Source of the DNA: Nemertoderma westbladi | Lineage: Eukaryota > Animalia > Xenacoelomorpha | Length of the DNA stretch: 34,907 nt | Assembly (NCBI GenBank): GCA_032718475.1 | Contig: JAUCBJ010002480.1 | Span: forward strand, 1 to 34,907 | Direction: 5' to 3' | Shown here: positions 12,886 through 24,801 of the stretch, one piece after another | Position numbering within the stretch: position 1 is the stretch's first letter | Layout of the letters: the number at the start of each line of letters is the position of its first letter | The notes under the pieces: generated by a model | What the model was told of the DNA's origin: nothing | Databases searched by the model: none | The model's input: the letters and a program-made list of their open reading frames with translations, nothing else | Translations under genes and position numbers: made by a program

Positions 12886-13041
12886 ATTTCATTTCCGGAC
12901 GATTCACTAACTGATTGGTTATCTTTAGCTGATGACCAATTACTCCCGCTTGATTGGTTAAATTTACTCGGTGAGAAATGACTACTAACAGTGGAAGGCC
13001 GTCGCCTACCTCCACTAACTGTAGAAGGTCTCCTAACTCCA
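12886..13041 (-). CDS. Putative symmetric cassette exon 3 of HYDIN (two RRPS motifs)
   Basis: Acceptor caactgaatag| (13042-13043), donor |gttagt (12884-12885); 156 nt, phase 2->2: GVRRPSTVSGGRRRPSTVSSHFSPSKFNQSSGSNWSSAKDNQSVSESSGNE; embedded in very AT-rich flanks; within ORF 12693..13088. Confidence 0.75.
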
Positions 13042-13256
13042 CTATTCAGTTGCATTAAGTTAAAATATGTAAAATATATGGCCAACAAAATTTATTACAA
13101 ATATATAAATTTGTGGAGATAGCTGTAAAGAAAGGTGGTTTGCTACAAAAGAAAATTATATTAGTCCGAAATTTACACATTCCTAATTCATCATAAAAGT
13201 TTCATATTCCTTGTATTTAAAAAAATGTACCCAAAAATCAGTCTTTCCGTCTTTTC

Positions 13257-13358
13257 AGCGTGACGATGGGCTGGGTCCGTACAAGGATTCAGTTCGCGAT
13301 AATAATCTGCGGGGCCTCCCGCGACTGCCTTCGTGGCTCCAGGGTAAAGTGGAGACGC
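13257..13358 (+). mobile_element. 3'-terminal fragment of an RLE-type (CRE-like) non-LTR retrotransposon ORF
   Basis: Translates SVTMGWVRTRIQFAIIICGASRDCLRGSRVKWRR, resembling the conserved C-terminal motif YS..MGWLR.RLSFA.LR....CLRGSR that follows the restriction-like endonuclease in such elements (recognised from memory); isolated GC-rich island. Confidence 0.6.
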
Positions 13359-13779
13359 GGCCAGGTCTTCGAGGGCCGTGCATGGTTGTCCAGTCCGTTG
13401 CTAGGTAACGTAATAAATACTCTTCTGGTGGTGGGAAAATACAGTAATTGGTGCTTCGAAATTATGTACCCAACAATAATCGTATATCTTCATTAGATCC
13501 CAAATGTTTTCATTTTTCAAAAAGCGATTCCAACATTTCCAAAATATTTGTTTAGAAAAATCCAAATTCGATAACGTTTTTCGAAACTCCCCAAAAGCAA
13601 AACAATGTTTTTTCCTGAATGTCCCAAATGCCACTAAAAGCCCCCTAACAATTAATTGTATCTCAAGATAATCGAAAAAAAAATACTACGTCAATATTAT
13701 TATATCAAAAGAATCGTTAAAAACGCCTCAAACGCTAAACATTCTCTAACAAGAGCTTTTTATTCAACTCTTATATTCA

Positions 13780-16700
13780 TACTCGAACCCTTGATCCCGT
13801 CACACGAACCCTCTGCCTTATTATTGTTTTCTACTCGAACCCTGCCTTATTGTTGTTTTCTACTCGAACCCTGCCTTATTATTGTTTTCTACTCGAACCC
13901 TGCCTTATTATTGTTTTCTACTCGAACCCTGCCTTATTGTTGTTTTCTACTCGAACCCTGCCTTATTATTGTTTTCTACTCGAACCCTGCCTTATTATTG
14001 TTTTCTACTCGAACCCTGCCTTATTATTGTTTTCTACTCGAACCCTGCCTTATTATTGTTTTCTACTCGAACGCTGCCTTATTATTGTTTTCTACTCGAA
14101 CCCTGCCTTATCATTGTTTTCTACTCGAACCCTGCCTTATTATTGTTTTCTACTCGAACCCTGCCTTATTATTGTTTTCTACTCGAACCCTGCCTTATTG
14201 TTGTTTTCTACTCGAACCCTGCCTTATTATTGTTTTCTACTCTAACTCTGCCTTATTATTGTTTTCTACTCGAACCCTGCCTTATTATTGTTTTCTACTC
14301 GAACCCTGCCTTATTATTGTTTTCTACTCGAACCACGCCTTATTATTGTTTTCTACTCGAACCCTGCCTTATTATTGTTTTCTACTCGAACCCCGCCTTA
14401 TTATTGTTTTCTACTCGAACCCTGCCTTATTATTGTTTTCTACTCGAACCCTGCCTTATTATTGTTTTCTACTCGAACCCTGCCTTATTATTGTTTTCTA
14501 CTCGAACCCTGCCTTATTATTGTTTTCTACTCGAACTCTGCCTTATTATTGTTTTCTACTCGAACCCTGCCTTATTATTGTTTTCTACTCGAACTCTGCC
14601 TTATTATTGTTTTCTACTCGAACCCTGCCTTATTATTGTTTTCTACTCGAACCCCGCCTTATTATTGTTTTCTACTCGAACCCTGCCTTATTATTGTTTT
14701 CTACTCGAACCCTGCCTTATTATTGTTTTCTACTCGAACTCTGCCTTATTATTGTTTTCTACTCGAACCCTGCCTTATTATTGTTTTCTACTCGAACCCC
14801 GCCTTATTATTGTTTTCTACTCGAACCCTCCCTTATTATTGTTTTCTACTCGAACTCTGCCTTATTATTGTTTTCTACTCGAACCCTGCCTTATTATTGT
14901 TTTCTACTCGAACTCTGCCTTATTATTGTTTTCTACTCGAACCCTGCCTTATTATTGTTTTCTACTCGAACCCCGCCTTATTATTGTTTTCTACTCGAAC
15001 CCTCCCTTATTATTGTTTTCTACTCGAACCCTGCCTTATTATTGTTTTCTACTCGAACCCTTGATCCCGTCACACGAACCCTGCCTTATTATTGTTTTCT
15101 ACTCGAACCCTCCCTTATTATTGTTTTCTACTCGAACTCTGCCTTATTATTGTTTTCTACTCGAACCCTCCCTTATTATTGTTTTCTACTCGAACTCTGC
15201 CTTATTATTGTTTTCTACTCGAACCCTGCCTTATTATTGTTTTCTACTCGAACCCCGCCTTATTATTGTTTTCTACTCGAACCCTCCCTTATTATTGTTT
15301 TCTACTCGAACCCCGCCTTATTATTGTTTTCTACTCGAACCCTCCCTTATTATTGTTTTCTACTCGAACCCTGCCTTATTATTGTTTTCTACTCGAACCC
15401 TCCCTTATTATTGTTTTCTACTCGAACTCTGCCTTATTATTGTTTTCTACTCGAACCCTCCCTTATTATTGTTTTCTACTCGAACTCTGCCTTATTATTG
15501 TTTTCTACTCGAACCCCGCCTTATTATTGTTTTCTACTCGAACCCTCCCTTATTATTGTTTTCTACTCGAACCCTGCCTTATTATTGTTTTCTACTCGAA
15601 CCCTTGATCCCGTCACACGAACCCTGCCTTATTATTGTTTTCTACTCGAACCCTCCCTTATTATTGTTTTCTACTCGAACTCTGCCTTATTATTGTTTTC
15701 TACTCGAACCCTCCCTTATTATTGTTTTCTACTCGAACTCTGCCTTATTATTGTTTTCTACTCGAACCCTGCCTTATTATTGTTTTCTACTCGAACCCCG
15801 CCTTATTATTGTTTTCTACTCGAACCCTCCCTTATTATTGTTTTCTACTCGAACCCCGCCTTATTATTGTTTTCTACTCGAACCCTCCCTTATTATTGTT
15901 TTCTACTCGAACCCTGCCTTATTATTGTTTTCTACTCGAACCCTCCCTTATTATTGTTTTCTACTCGAACTCTGCCTTATTATTGTTTTCTACTCGAACC
16001 CTCCCTTATTATTGTTTTCTACTCGAACTCTGCCTTATTATTGTTTTCTACTCGAACCCTCCCTTATTATTGTTTTCTACTCGAACTCTGCCTTATTATT
16101 GTTTTCTACTCGAACCCTGCCTTATTATTGTTTTCTACTCGAACCCCGCCTTATTATTGTTTTCTACTCGAACCCTCCCTTATTATTGTTTTCTACTCGA
16201 ACCCCGCCTTATTATTGTTTTCTACTCGAACCCTCCCTTATTATTGTTTTCTACTCGAACCCTGCCTTATTATTGTTTTCTACTCGAACCCTCCCTTATT
16301 ATTGTTTTCTACTCGAACCCCGCCTTATTATTGTTTTCTACTCGAACCCTCCCTTATTATTGTTTTCTACTCGAACCCTGCCTTATTATTGTTTTCTACT
16401 CGAACCCTCCCTTATTATTGTTTTCTACTCGAACTCTGCCTTATTATTGTTTTCTACTCGAACCCTGCCTTATTATTGTTTTCTACTCGAACCCCGCCTT
16501 ATTATTGTTTTCTACTCGAACCCTCCCTTATTATTGTTTTCTACTCGAACCCTGCCTTATTATTGTTTTCTACTCGAACCCTTGATCCCGTCACACGAAC
16601 CCTGCCTTATTATTGTTTTCTACTCGAACCCTGCCTTATTATTGTTTTCTACTCGAACCCTGCCTTATTATTGTTTTCTACTCGAACCCTGCCTTATTAT

Positions 16701-19700
16701 TGTTTTCTACTCGAACCCTGCCTTATTATTGTTTTCTACTCGAACCCTGCCTTATTATTGTTTTCTACTCGAACCCTGCCTTATTATTGTTTTCTACTCG
16801 AACCCTTGATCCCGTCACACGAACTCTGCCTTATTATTGTTTTCTACTCGAACCCTGCCTTATTATTGTTTTCTACTCGAACCCTGCCTTATTATTGTTT
16901 TCTACTCGAACCCTGCCTTATTATTGTTTTCTACTCGAACCCCGCCTTATTATTGTTTTCTACTCGAACCCTGCCTTATTATTGTTTTCTACTCGAACCC
17001 TGCCTTATTATTGTTTTCTACTCGAACCCTGCCTTATTATTGTTTTCTACTCGAACCCTGCCTTATTATTGTTTTCTACTCGAACCCTGCCTTATTGTTG
17101 TTTTCTACTCGAACCCTGCCTTATTATTGTTTTCTACTCGAACCCTGCCTTATTATTGTTTTCTACTCGAACCCTGCCTTATTATTGTTTTCTACTCGAA
17201 CCACGCCTTATTATTGTTTTCTACTCGAACCCTGCCTTATTATTGTTTTCTACTCGAACCCCGCCTTATTATTCTTTTCTACTCGAACCCTGCCTTATAA
17301 TTGTTTTCTACTCGAACCCTGCCTTATTATTGTTTTCTACTCGAACCCTGCCTTATTATTGTTTTCTACTCGAACCCTGCCTTATTATTGTTTTCTACTC
17401 GAACTCTGCCTTATTATTGTTTTCTACTCGAACCCTGCCTTATTATTGTTTTCTACTCGAACTCTGCCTTATTATTGTTTTCTACTCGAACCCTGCCTTA
17501 TTATTGTTTTCTACTCGAACCCCGCCTTATTATTGTTTTCTACTCGAACCCTGCCTTATTATTGTTTTCTACTCGAACCCTGCCTTATTATTGTTTTCTA
17601 CTCGAACTCTGCCTTATTATTGTTTTCTACTCGAACCCTGCCTTATTATTGTTTTCTACTCGAACCCCGCCTTATTATTGTTTTCTACTCGAACCCCGCC
17701 TTATTATTGTTTTCTACTCGAACCCTGTCTTATTATTGTTTTCTACTCGAACCCTGCCTTATTATTGTTTTCTACTCGAACTCTGCCTTATTATTGTTTT
17801 CTACTCGAACCCTGCCTTATTATTGTTTTCTACTCGAACCCTGTCTTATTATTGTTTTCTACTCGAACCCCGCCTTATTGTTGTTTTCTACTCGAACCCT
17901 GCCTTATTATTGTTTTCTACTCGAACTCTGCCTTATTATTGTTTTCTACTCGAACCCTGCCTTCTTATTATTGTTTTCTACTCGAACACGGTCTTATTAT
18001 TGTTTTCTACTCGAACCCTGCCTTATTATTGTTTTCTACTCGAACCCTGCCTTATTGTTGTTTTATACTCGAACCCTGCCTTATTATTGTTTTCTACTCG
18101 AACCCTCCCTTATTATTGTTTTCTACTCGAACCCTGCCTTATTATTGTTTTCTACTCGAACCCTGCCTTATTATTGTTTTCTACTCGAACCCTGCCTTAT
18201 TATTGTTTTCTACTCGAACCCTGCCTTATTATTGTTTTCTACTCGAACCCTGCCTTATTATTGTTTTCTACTCGAACCCTGCCTTATTATTGTTTTCTAC
18301 TCGAACTCTGCCTTATTATTGTTTTCTACTCGAACCCTGCCTTATTATTGTTTTCTACTCGAACCCTGTCTTATTATTGTTTTCTACTCGAACCCTGCCT
18401 TATTATTGTTTTCTACTCGAACCCTGCCTTATTGTTGTTTTCTACTCGAACCCTGCCTTATTATTGTTTTCTACTCGAACCCTGCCTTATTATTGTTTTC
18501 TACTCGAACCACGCCTTATTATTGTTTTCTACTCGAACCCTGCCTTATTATTGTTTTCTACTCGAACCCTGCCTTATTGTTGTTTTCTACTCGAACCCTG
18601 CCTTATTATTGTTTTCTACTCGAACCCTGCCTTATTATTGTTTTCTACTCGAACCCTGCCATATTATTGTTTTCTACTCGAACCACGCCTTATTATTGTT
18701 TTCTACTCGAACCCTGCCTTATTATTGTTTTCTACTCGAACCCCGCCTTATTATTGTTTTCTACTCGAACCTTGCCTTATTATTGTTTTCTACTCGAACC
18801 CTGCCTTATTATTGTTTTCTACTCGAACCCTGCCTTATTATTGTTTTCTACTCGAACCCTGCCTTATTATTGTTTTCTACTCGAACTCTGCCTTATTATT
18901 GTTTTCTACTCGAACCCTGCCTTATTATTGTTTTCTACTCGAACTCTGCCTTATTATTGTTTTCTACTCGAACCCTGCCTTATTATTGTTTTCTACTCGA
19001 ACCCCGCCTTATTATTGTTTTCTACTCGAACCCTGCCTTATTATTGTTTTCTACTCGAACCCTGCCTTATTATTGTTTTCTACTCGAACCCTACCTTATT
19101 ATTGTTTTCTACTCGAACCCTGCCTTATTATTGTTTTCTACTCGAACCCTGCCTTATTATTGTTTTCTACTCGAACCCTGCCTTATTATTGTTTTCTACT
19201 CGAACCCTGCCTTATTATTGTTTTCTACTCGAACCCCGCCTTATTATTGTTTTCTACTCGAACTCTGCCTTATTATTGTTTTCTACTCGAACCCTGCCTT
19301 ATTATTGTTTTCTACTCGAACCCTGTCTTATTATTGTTTTCTACTCGAACCCCGCCTTATTGTTGTTTTCTACTCGAACCCTGCCTTATTATTGTTTTCT
19401 ACTCGAACTCTGCCTTATTATTGTTTTCTACTCGAACCCTGCCTTCTTATTATTGTTTTCTACTCGAACCCCGCCTTATTATTGTTTTCTACTCGAACCC
19501 TGCCTTATTATTGTTTTCTACTCGAACCCTGCCTTATTGTTGTTTTCTACTCGAACCCTGCCTTATTATTGTTTTCTACTCGAACCCTGCCTTATTATTG
19601 TTTTCTACTCGAACCACGCCTTATTATTGTTTTCTACTCGAACCCTGCCTTATTATTGTTTTCTACTCGAACCCTGCCTTATTATTGTTTTCTACTCGAA

Positions 19701-22146
19701 CCCTGCCTTATTATTGTTTTCTACTCGAACCCTGCCTTATTATTGTTTTCTACTCGAACTCTGCCTTATTATTGTTTTCTACTCGAACCCTGCCTTATTA
19801 TTGTTTTCTACTCGAACCCTGTCTTATTATTGTTTTCTACTCGAACCCTGCCTTATTATTGTTTTCTACTCGAACCCTGCCTTATTATTGTTTTCTACTC
19901 GAACCCTGCCTTATTATTGTTTTCTACTCGAACCACGCCTTATTATTGTTTTCTACTCGAACCCTGCCTTATTATTGTTTTCTACTCGAACCCTGCCTTA
20001 TTATTGTTTTCTACTCGAACCCTGCCTTATTATTGTTTTCTACTCGAACCCTGCCTTATTATTGTTTTCTACTCGAACTCTGCCTTATTATTGTTTTCTA
20101 CTCGAACCCTGCCTTATTATTGTTTTCTACTCGAACCCTGCCTTATTATTGTTTTCTACTCGAACCCTGCCTTATTGTTGTTTTCTACTCGAACCCTGCC
20201 TTATTGTTGTTTTCTACTCGAACCCTGCCTTATTATTGTTTTCTACTCGAACCCTGCCTTATTATTGTTTTCTACTCGAACCACGCCTTATTATTGTTTT
20301 CTACTCGAACCCTGCCTTATTATTGTTTTCTACTCGAACTCTGCCTTATTATTGTTTTCTACTCGAACCCTGCCTTATTATTGTTTTCTACTCGAACCCT
20401 GCCTTATTATTGTTTTCTACTCGAACCCTGCCTTATTATTGTTTTCTACTCGAACCCTGCCTTATTATTGTTTTCTACTCGAACCCTGCCTTATTATTGT
20501 TTTCTACTCGAACCCTGCCTTATTATTGTTTTCTACTCGAACCCTGCCTTATTATTGTTTTCTACTCGAACCCTGCCTTATTATTGTTTTCTACTCGAAC
20601 CCCGCCTTATTATTGTTTTCTACTCGAACCCTGCCTTATTATTGTTTTCTACTCGAACCCTGCCTTATTATTGTTTTCTACTCGAACTCTGCCTTATTAT
20701 TGTTTTCTACTCGAACCCTGCCTTATTATTGTTTTCTACTCGAACCCTGCCTTATTATTGTTTTCTACTCGAACCCTGCCTTATTATTGTTTTCTACTCG
20801 AACCCTGCCTTATTATTGTTTTCTACTCGAACCCTGCCTTATTATTGTTTTCTACTCGAACCCTGCCTTATTATTGTTTTCTACTCGAACCCTGCCTTAT
20901 TATTGTTTTCTACTCGAACCCTGCCTTATTATTGTTTTCTACTCGAACCCTGCCTTATTATTGTTTTCTACTCGAACCCTGCCTTATTATTGTTTTCTAC
21001 TCGAACCCTGCCTTATTATTGTTTTCTACTCGAACCCTGCCTTATTATTGTTTTCTACTCGAACCCTGCCTTATTATTGTTTTCTACTCGAACCCTGCCT
21101 TATTATTGTTTTCTACTCGAACTACGCCTTATTATTGTTTTCTACTCGAACCCTGCCTTATTATTGTTTTCTACTCGAACCCTGCCTTATTGTTGTTTTC
21201 TACTCGAACCCTGCCTTATTATTGTTTTCTACTCGAACCCTGCCTTATTATTGTTTTCTACTCGAACCCTGCCTTATTATTGTTTTCTACTCGAACCCTG
21301 CCTTATTATTGTTTTCTACTCGAACCCTGCCTTATTATTGTTTTCTACTCGAACCCTGCCTTATTGTTGTTTTCTACTCGAACCCTGCCTTATTATTGTT
21401 TTCTACTCGAACCCTGCCTTATTATTGTTTTCTACTCGAACCCTGCCTTATTATTGTTTTCTACTCGAACCCCGCCTTATTATTGTTTTCTACTCGAACC
21501 CTGCCTTATTATTGTTTTCTACTCGAACCCTGCCTTATTATTGTTTTCTACTCGAACCCTGCCTTATTATTGTTTTCTACTCGAACCCTGCCTTATTATT
21601 GTTTTCTACTCGAACCCTGCCTTATTATTGTTTTCTACTCGAACCCCGCCTTATTATTGTTTTCTACTCGAACCCTGCCTTATTATTGTTTTCTACTCGA
21701 ACCCTGCCTTATTATTGTTTTCTACTCGAACCCTGCCTTATTATTGTTTTCTACTCGAACCCCGCCTTATTATTGTTTTCTACTCGAACCCTGCCTTATT
21801 ATTGTTTTCTACTCGAACCCCGCCTTATTATTGTTTTCTACTCGAACCCTGCCTTATTATTGTTTTCTACTCGAACCCCGCCTTATTATTGTTTTCTACT
21901 CGAACCCTGCCTTATTATTGTTTTCTACTCGAACCCTGCCTTATTATTGTTTTCTACTCGAACCCTGCCTTATTATTGTTTTCTACTCGAACCCTGCCTT
22001 ATTATTGTTTTCTACTCGAACCCTGCCTTATTATTGTTTTCTACTCGAACTCTTGATCCCGTCACTCGAACCCTGCCTTATTATTGTTTTCTACTCGAAC
22101 CCTTGATCCTCGTTTCTACTCGAACCCTGCCTTATTATTGTTTTCT
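13780..22146. repeat. Satellite 2: tandem 29 bp units, ~8.4 kb (~288 units)
   Basis: Consensus actcgaaccctgccttattattgttttct; interspersed 21 bp variant containing ttgatcccgtcac at 13791, 15061, 15604, 16582, 16806 and 22053, with a diverged copy at 22103. Confidence 0.98.
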
Positions 22147-22790
22147 AATATTATCTGTATTAATCTTGTTATATTAATTTTATATTATCATCTCTAATTG
22201 TCATTGAAATATAATTTATAATAAGAAATATATTTATGACTAGCCTGTAATTTGGTATTTACGACCTATTAAAACAAGCTACCGATAGTGATATACTTTA
22301 TATATAAAGATAATAAAGTAGTTAAGTGATACTGACATAATACTGTACTTACTGTAAGTATCGTTTCCATAACAAAGAAACTAAGTAAACTAATACAATT
22401 ATACACTATAACACTGGAACCCATAAACTATAACTAGCTATCAATAGGAGACAATCACATGTCGATCAATATGTTACAAGTACGTGGGGACTTCTCGCAC
22501 CACAAAGTCTAGATGAGACTTTGCGAAGCAGTACAATTTGTGGACCTGGTGACTCCCCCTAGCGGCTGACATAGAAACTACATGAGTCAAGTCTGTTTGT
22601 AAAATTACTAAACTTTTGATAGACTGCATGTGTACCAAGTTCGGTTCCATTTCATGAATGATTGAAAGACTTATTAGTGTTTAACCATTTCCAATGACGA
22701 CGTAAGATGGTCCACTAATTATACATCTACGCAAAGGCTCACCTAGGCTTCGTGGCTCGCCCCACATTGATCTCATCAACCTTTACTTAC

Positions 22791-22880
22791 TCAACTTCTT
22801 CATCTGAACCGCTGACTGAGTGTCTAACAGACACCTGACTTCCGGTCATTCTAGAATACCTCCGTATACGATTGCGGCCG
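22791..22880 (-). CDS. Putative symmetric cassette exon 2 of HYDIN (RRYS motif)
   Basis: Acceptor gattttcttacaag| (22881-22882), donor |gtaagt (22789-22790); 90 nt, phase 2->2: GRNRIRRYSRMTGSQVSVRHSVSGSDEEV. Confidence 0.68.
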
Positions 22881-22905
22881 CTTGTAAGAAAATCATTTAA
22901 AATTT

Positions 22906-22975
22906 TAGAACGAGAAAGCTAGAGATATTTGAACGAGAAAGCTAGAGACATTAGAATAGAGAAAGCTAGAGACAT
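22906..22975. repeat. Three-copy ~22-24 bp tandem repeat (gagaaagctagaga core)
   Basis: Three copies of gagaaagctagaga; on the minus strand each reads tctctag|ctttctc. Confidence 0.8.
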
Positions 22976-23743
22976 GGGGGATCTTGAAATCCATCTACAA
23001 ATAATATTTCGTCTCAATGTTAAGTTTTCAGTTAAGGGAAAGGAGCAGGTTACAGTGGCTCGTTATTGAACCAATACAATACACAAAAGTCAATAGATCA
23101 GCGCTGTTATTTGCGTAGATTCTCCATTCAAGAGGGATGAATTTTGATAGCGTCGAAAGTTACCCCCCCCCCCCCCCCCTTTATCGGGAAAGCTAACACA
23201 AATAATAGTAGATTAAGGGTGTATTTGTTTGGCTATGGAATAATGTCAATAAATTTCAGAAATTAGTTTTTAAACTTTTTCAGAATTCACTTACCATGAT
23301 CAAAGATATTCATACAAAATAAAATAAAAAAATGTTTATGACCAAGAGACCAACAACACAAAGAAGAAAATGAAAAACATGAAAGACAGCAACGCCAGTC
23401 TTTACTAGACACTAAACAATAATTCAAAATGTGAAACGCATTCAACTTCACTCCAATCATAGTGACATGCGATAATCATATAGCACATAAAAATAACATA
23501 ATTTATAATATTAATATAATATTGTGTTTAAATCCCTCTTTAACGTGCAGTACAGTGCTCATATCTACTCTTATATTTGTCGGCTTGACCGAATTAAACA
23601 TTAAACATTATAAATAATTACAGCAAGCTGCAACATTATCCAATTACAAAACAGACAACGGGATTTTACACTCAAATCCTAATTACACCGATTTCCAAAA
23701 GACACTCCTTGGGAGATAGCCAATCCACATAAAAGCTCCTCAC

Positions 23744-23815
23744 CTGTCCAGCGGATGAAAAACAGAGGATTTTCGCGCTGAATGGGAAACCGAAATCCGA
23801 GAAGGCCGACGGCCG
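23744..23815 (-). CDS. Putative symmetric cassette exon 1 of HYDIN (RRPS and RKSS motifs)
   Basis: Acceptor ttttataatactgaaag| (23816-23817), donor AG|gtgagg (23742-23743); 72 nt, phase 2->2: GRRPSRISVSHSARKSSVFHPLD; sharp AT-to-GC transition at the acceptor. Confidence 0.72.
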
Positions 23816-24112
23816 CTTTCAGTATTATAAAATTAAATAAATAAATTTATTAATATAAGATTAATAATGATTTCTCATAAAATAAGTAAAGAGAAAATAA
23901 AACTAATCGAGAGATAAAAAATATTATATACAGTAGAGGCCTATATTATTTATTTATTAACATAGTGACGTCGGTCCAGCCGACATTATATTATCTTCAA
24001 AGTAAAATTGTGTAGTACATCATGCACTGAACCACCCCCCCCCCCCCCCCCCCCTACTTCACCAGCACTATAATAGCTAAGCTGATATGATGACATTACC
24101 CGAAGGGAGACT

Positions 24113-24727
24113 TTAAGACACATTGTAGTACTGTAATATTCGCATGTGTTTCACGTCGAAAGACGTTTTGCGAAGGCTGTAACAGTTATTAATAAAGTTT
24201 CGTTTCATCGCTTCACCAGATGTTAGTGATCCGTTGTTTAGACGAGATAATAATTCTTTCTTGCAGTATGAGAATGTTAGGATGGATAGGATATCTGGCA
24301 TTGGGAAGGAGTTGGAACATTGTCGGTAGGCCCCACTGAGACTTGCAGTATGATAATCGTTGTCCTGTTTGCTACTGTTAATGAAAAGTGATAGTCTAAG
24401 GAACGGCTGGAGGATTGTATTGGGGCAGGTGGTGGTCCTCAAGATAGTCCCTAGAGCATCTTTGTATGCTCGAGTTGATATTGGGTCGCAACTCATAAGG
24501 TCCATTACCACTTGGTTACTAGCATATATGCCCAGGTAGAGCAGGCCTCGTAAGATTTTACGGTAGTAGATATCGAGTTGGTCTACTTCTCGTTGCGACA
24601 GTGCCCCAATGAGGAATCTCTTGCTGTAAGTTAGGATTGGCACCGCTATAGTATTCCAGAGGTAGTTAAGAGTATTTACCTTCAAAATATTACTAAAACT
24701 TCCCGGTAGTTCGATACGCGAACGTAG
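24113..24727 (-). mobile_element. Non-LTR retrotransposon ORF2 remnant (RT thumb/C-terminal region)
   Basis: ORF 24113..24685: LWNTIAVPILTYS...LDIYYRKILRGLLYL...SNQVV..L....PI fits the post-RT thumb pattern LY...V.PIL.YG...L......LR.IL.L....N..V of LINE ORF2; no catalytic YADD region present. Confidence 0.68.
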
Positions 24728-24801
24728 TTAGTACGGAGAGCTATTTAACCACGTAACCGTGGAATCGAGCAACCCAAGGACGGCACCTACCACGCGCTGC
24801 G

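Noticed and set aside
13259-13404. Possible + strand exon of a nested gene, or a fifth minus-strand cassette exon (GPRRPGRVST...)
   Set aside because: No partner exons found on the + strand; on the minus strand there is no phase-2 acceptor for that frame; better explained as a retrotransposon fragment.
13656-22177. Giant + strand ORFs (up to 1854 aa) of FSTRTLPYYCFLLEPCLIIVFYSNPALLL repeats
   Set aside because: A 29 bp unit lacking stops gives the same 29-aa repeat in all three frames; there is no frame preference or unique domain, so this is a satellite artefact.
22502-22660. CTCF-like motif (ccccctagcggc), small hairpin caaagtct/agactttg and possible Helentron-like remnant
   Set aside because: Single short matches with no definable element ends; not supportable without a database search.
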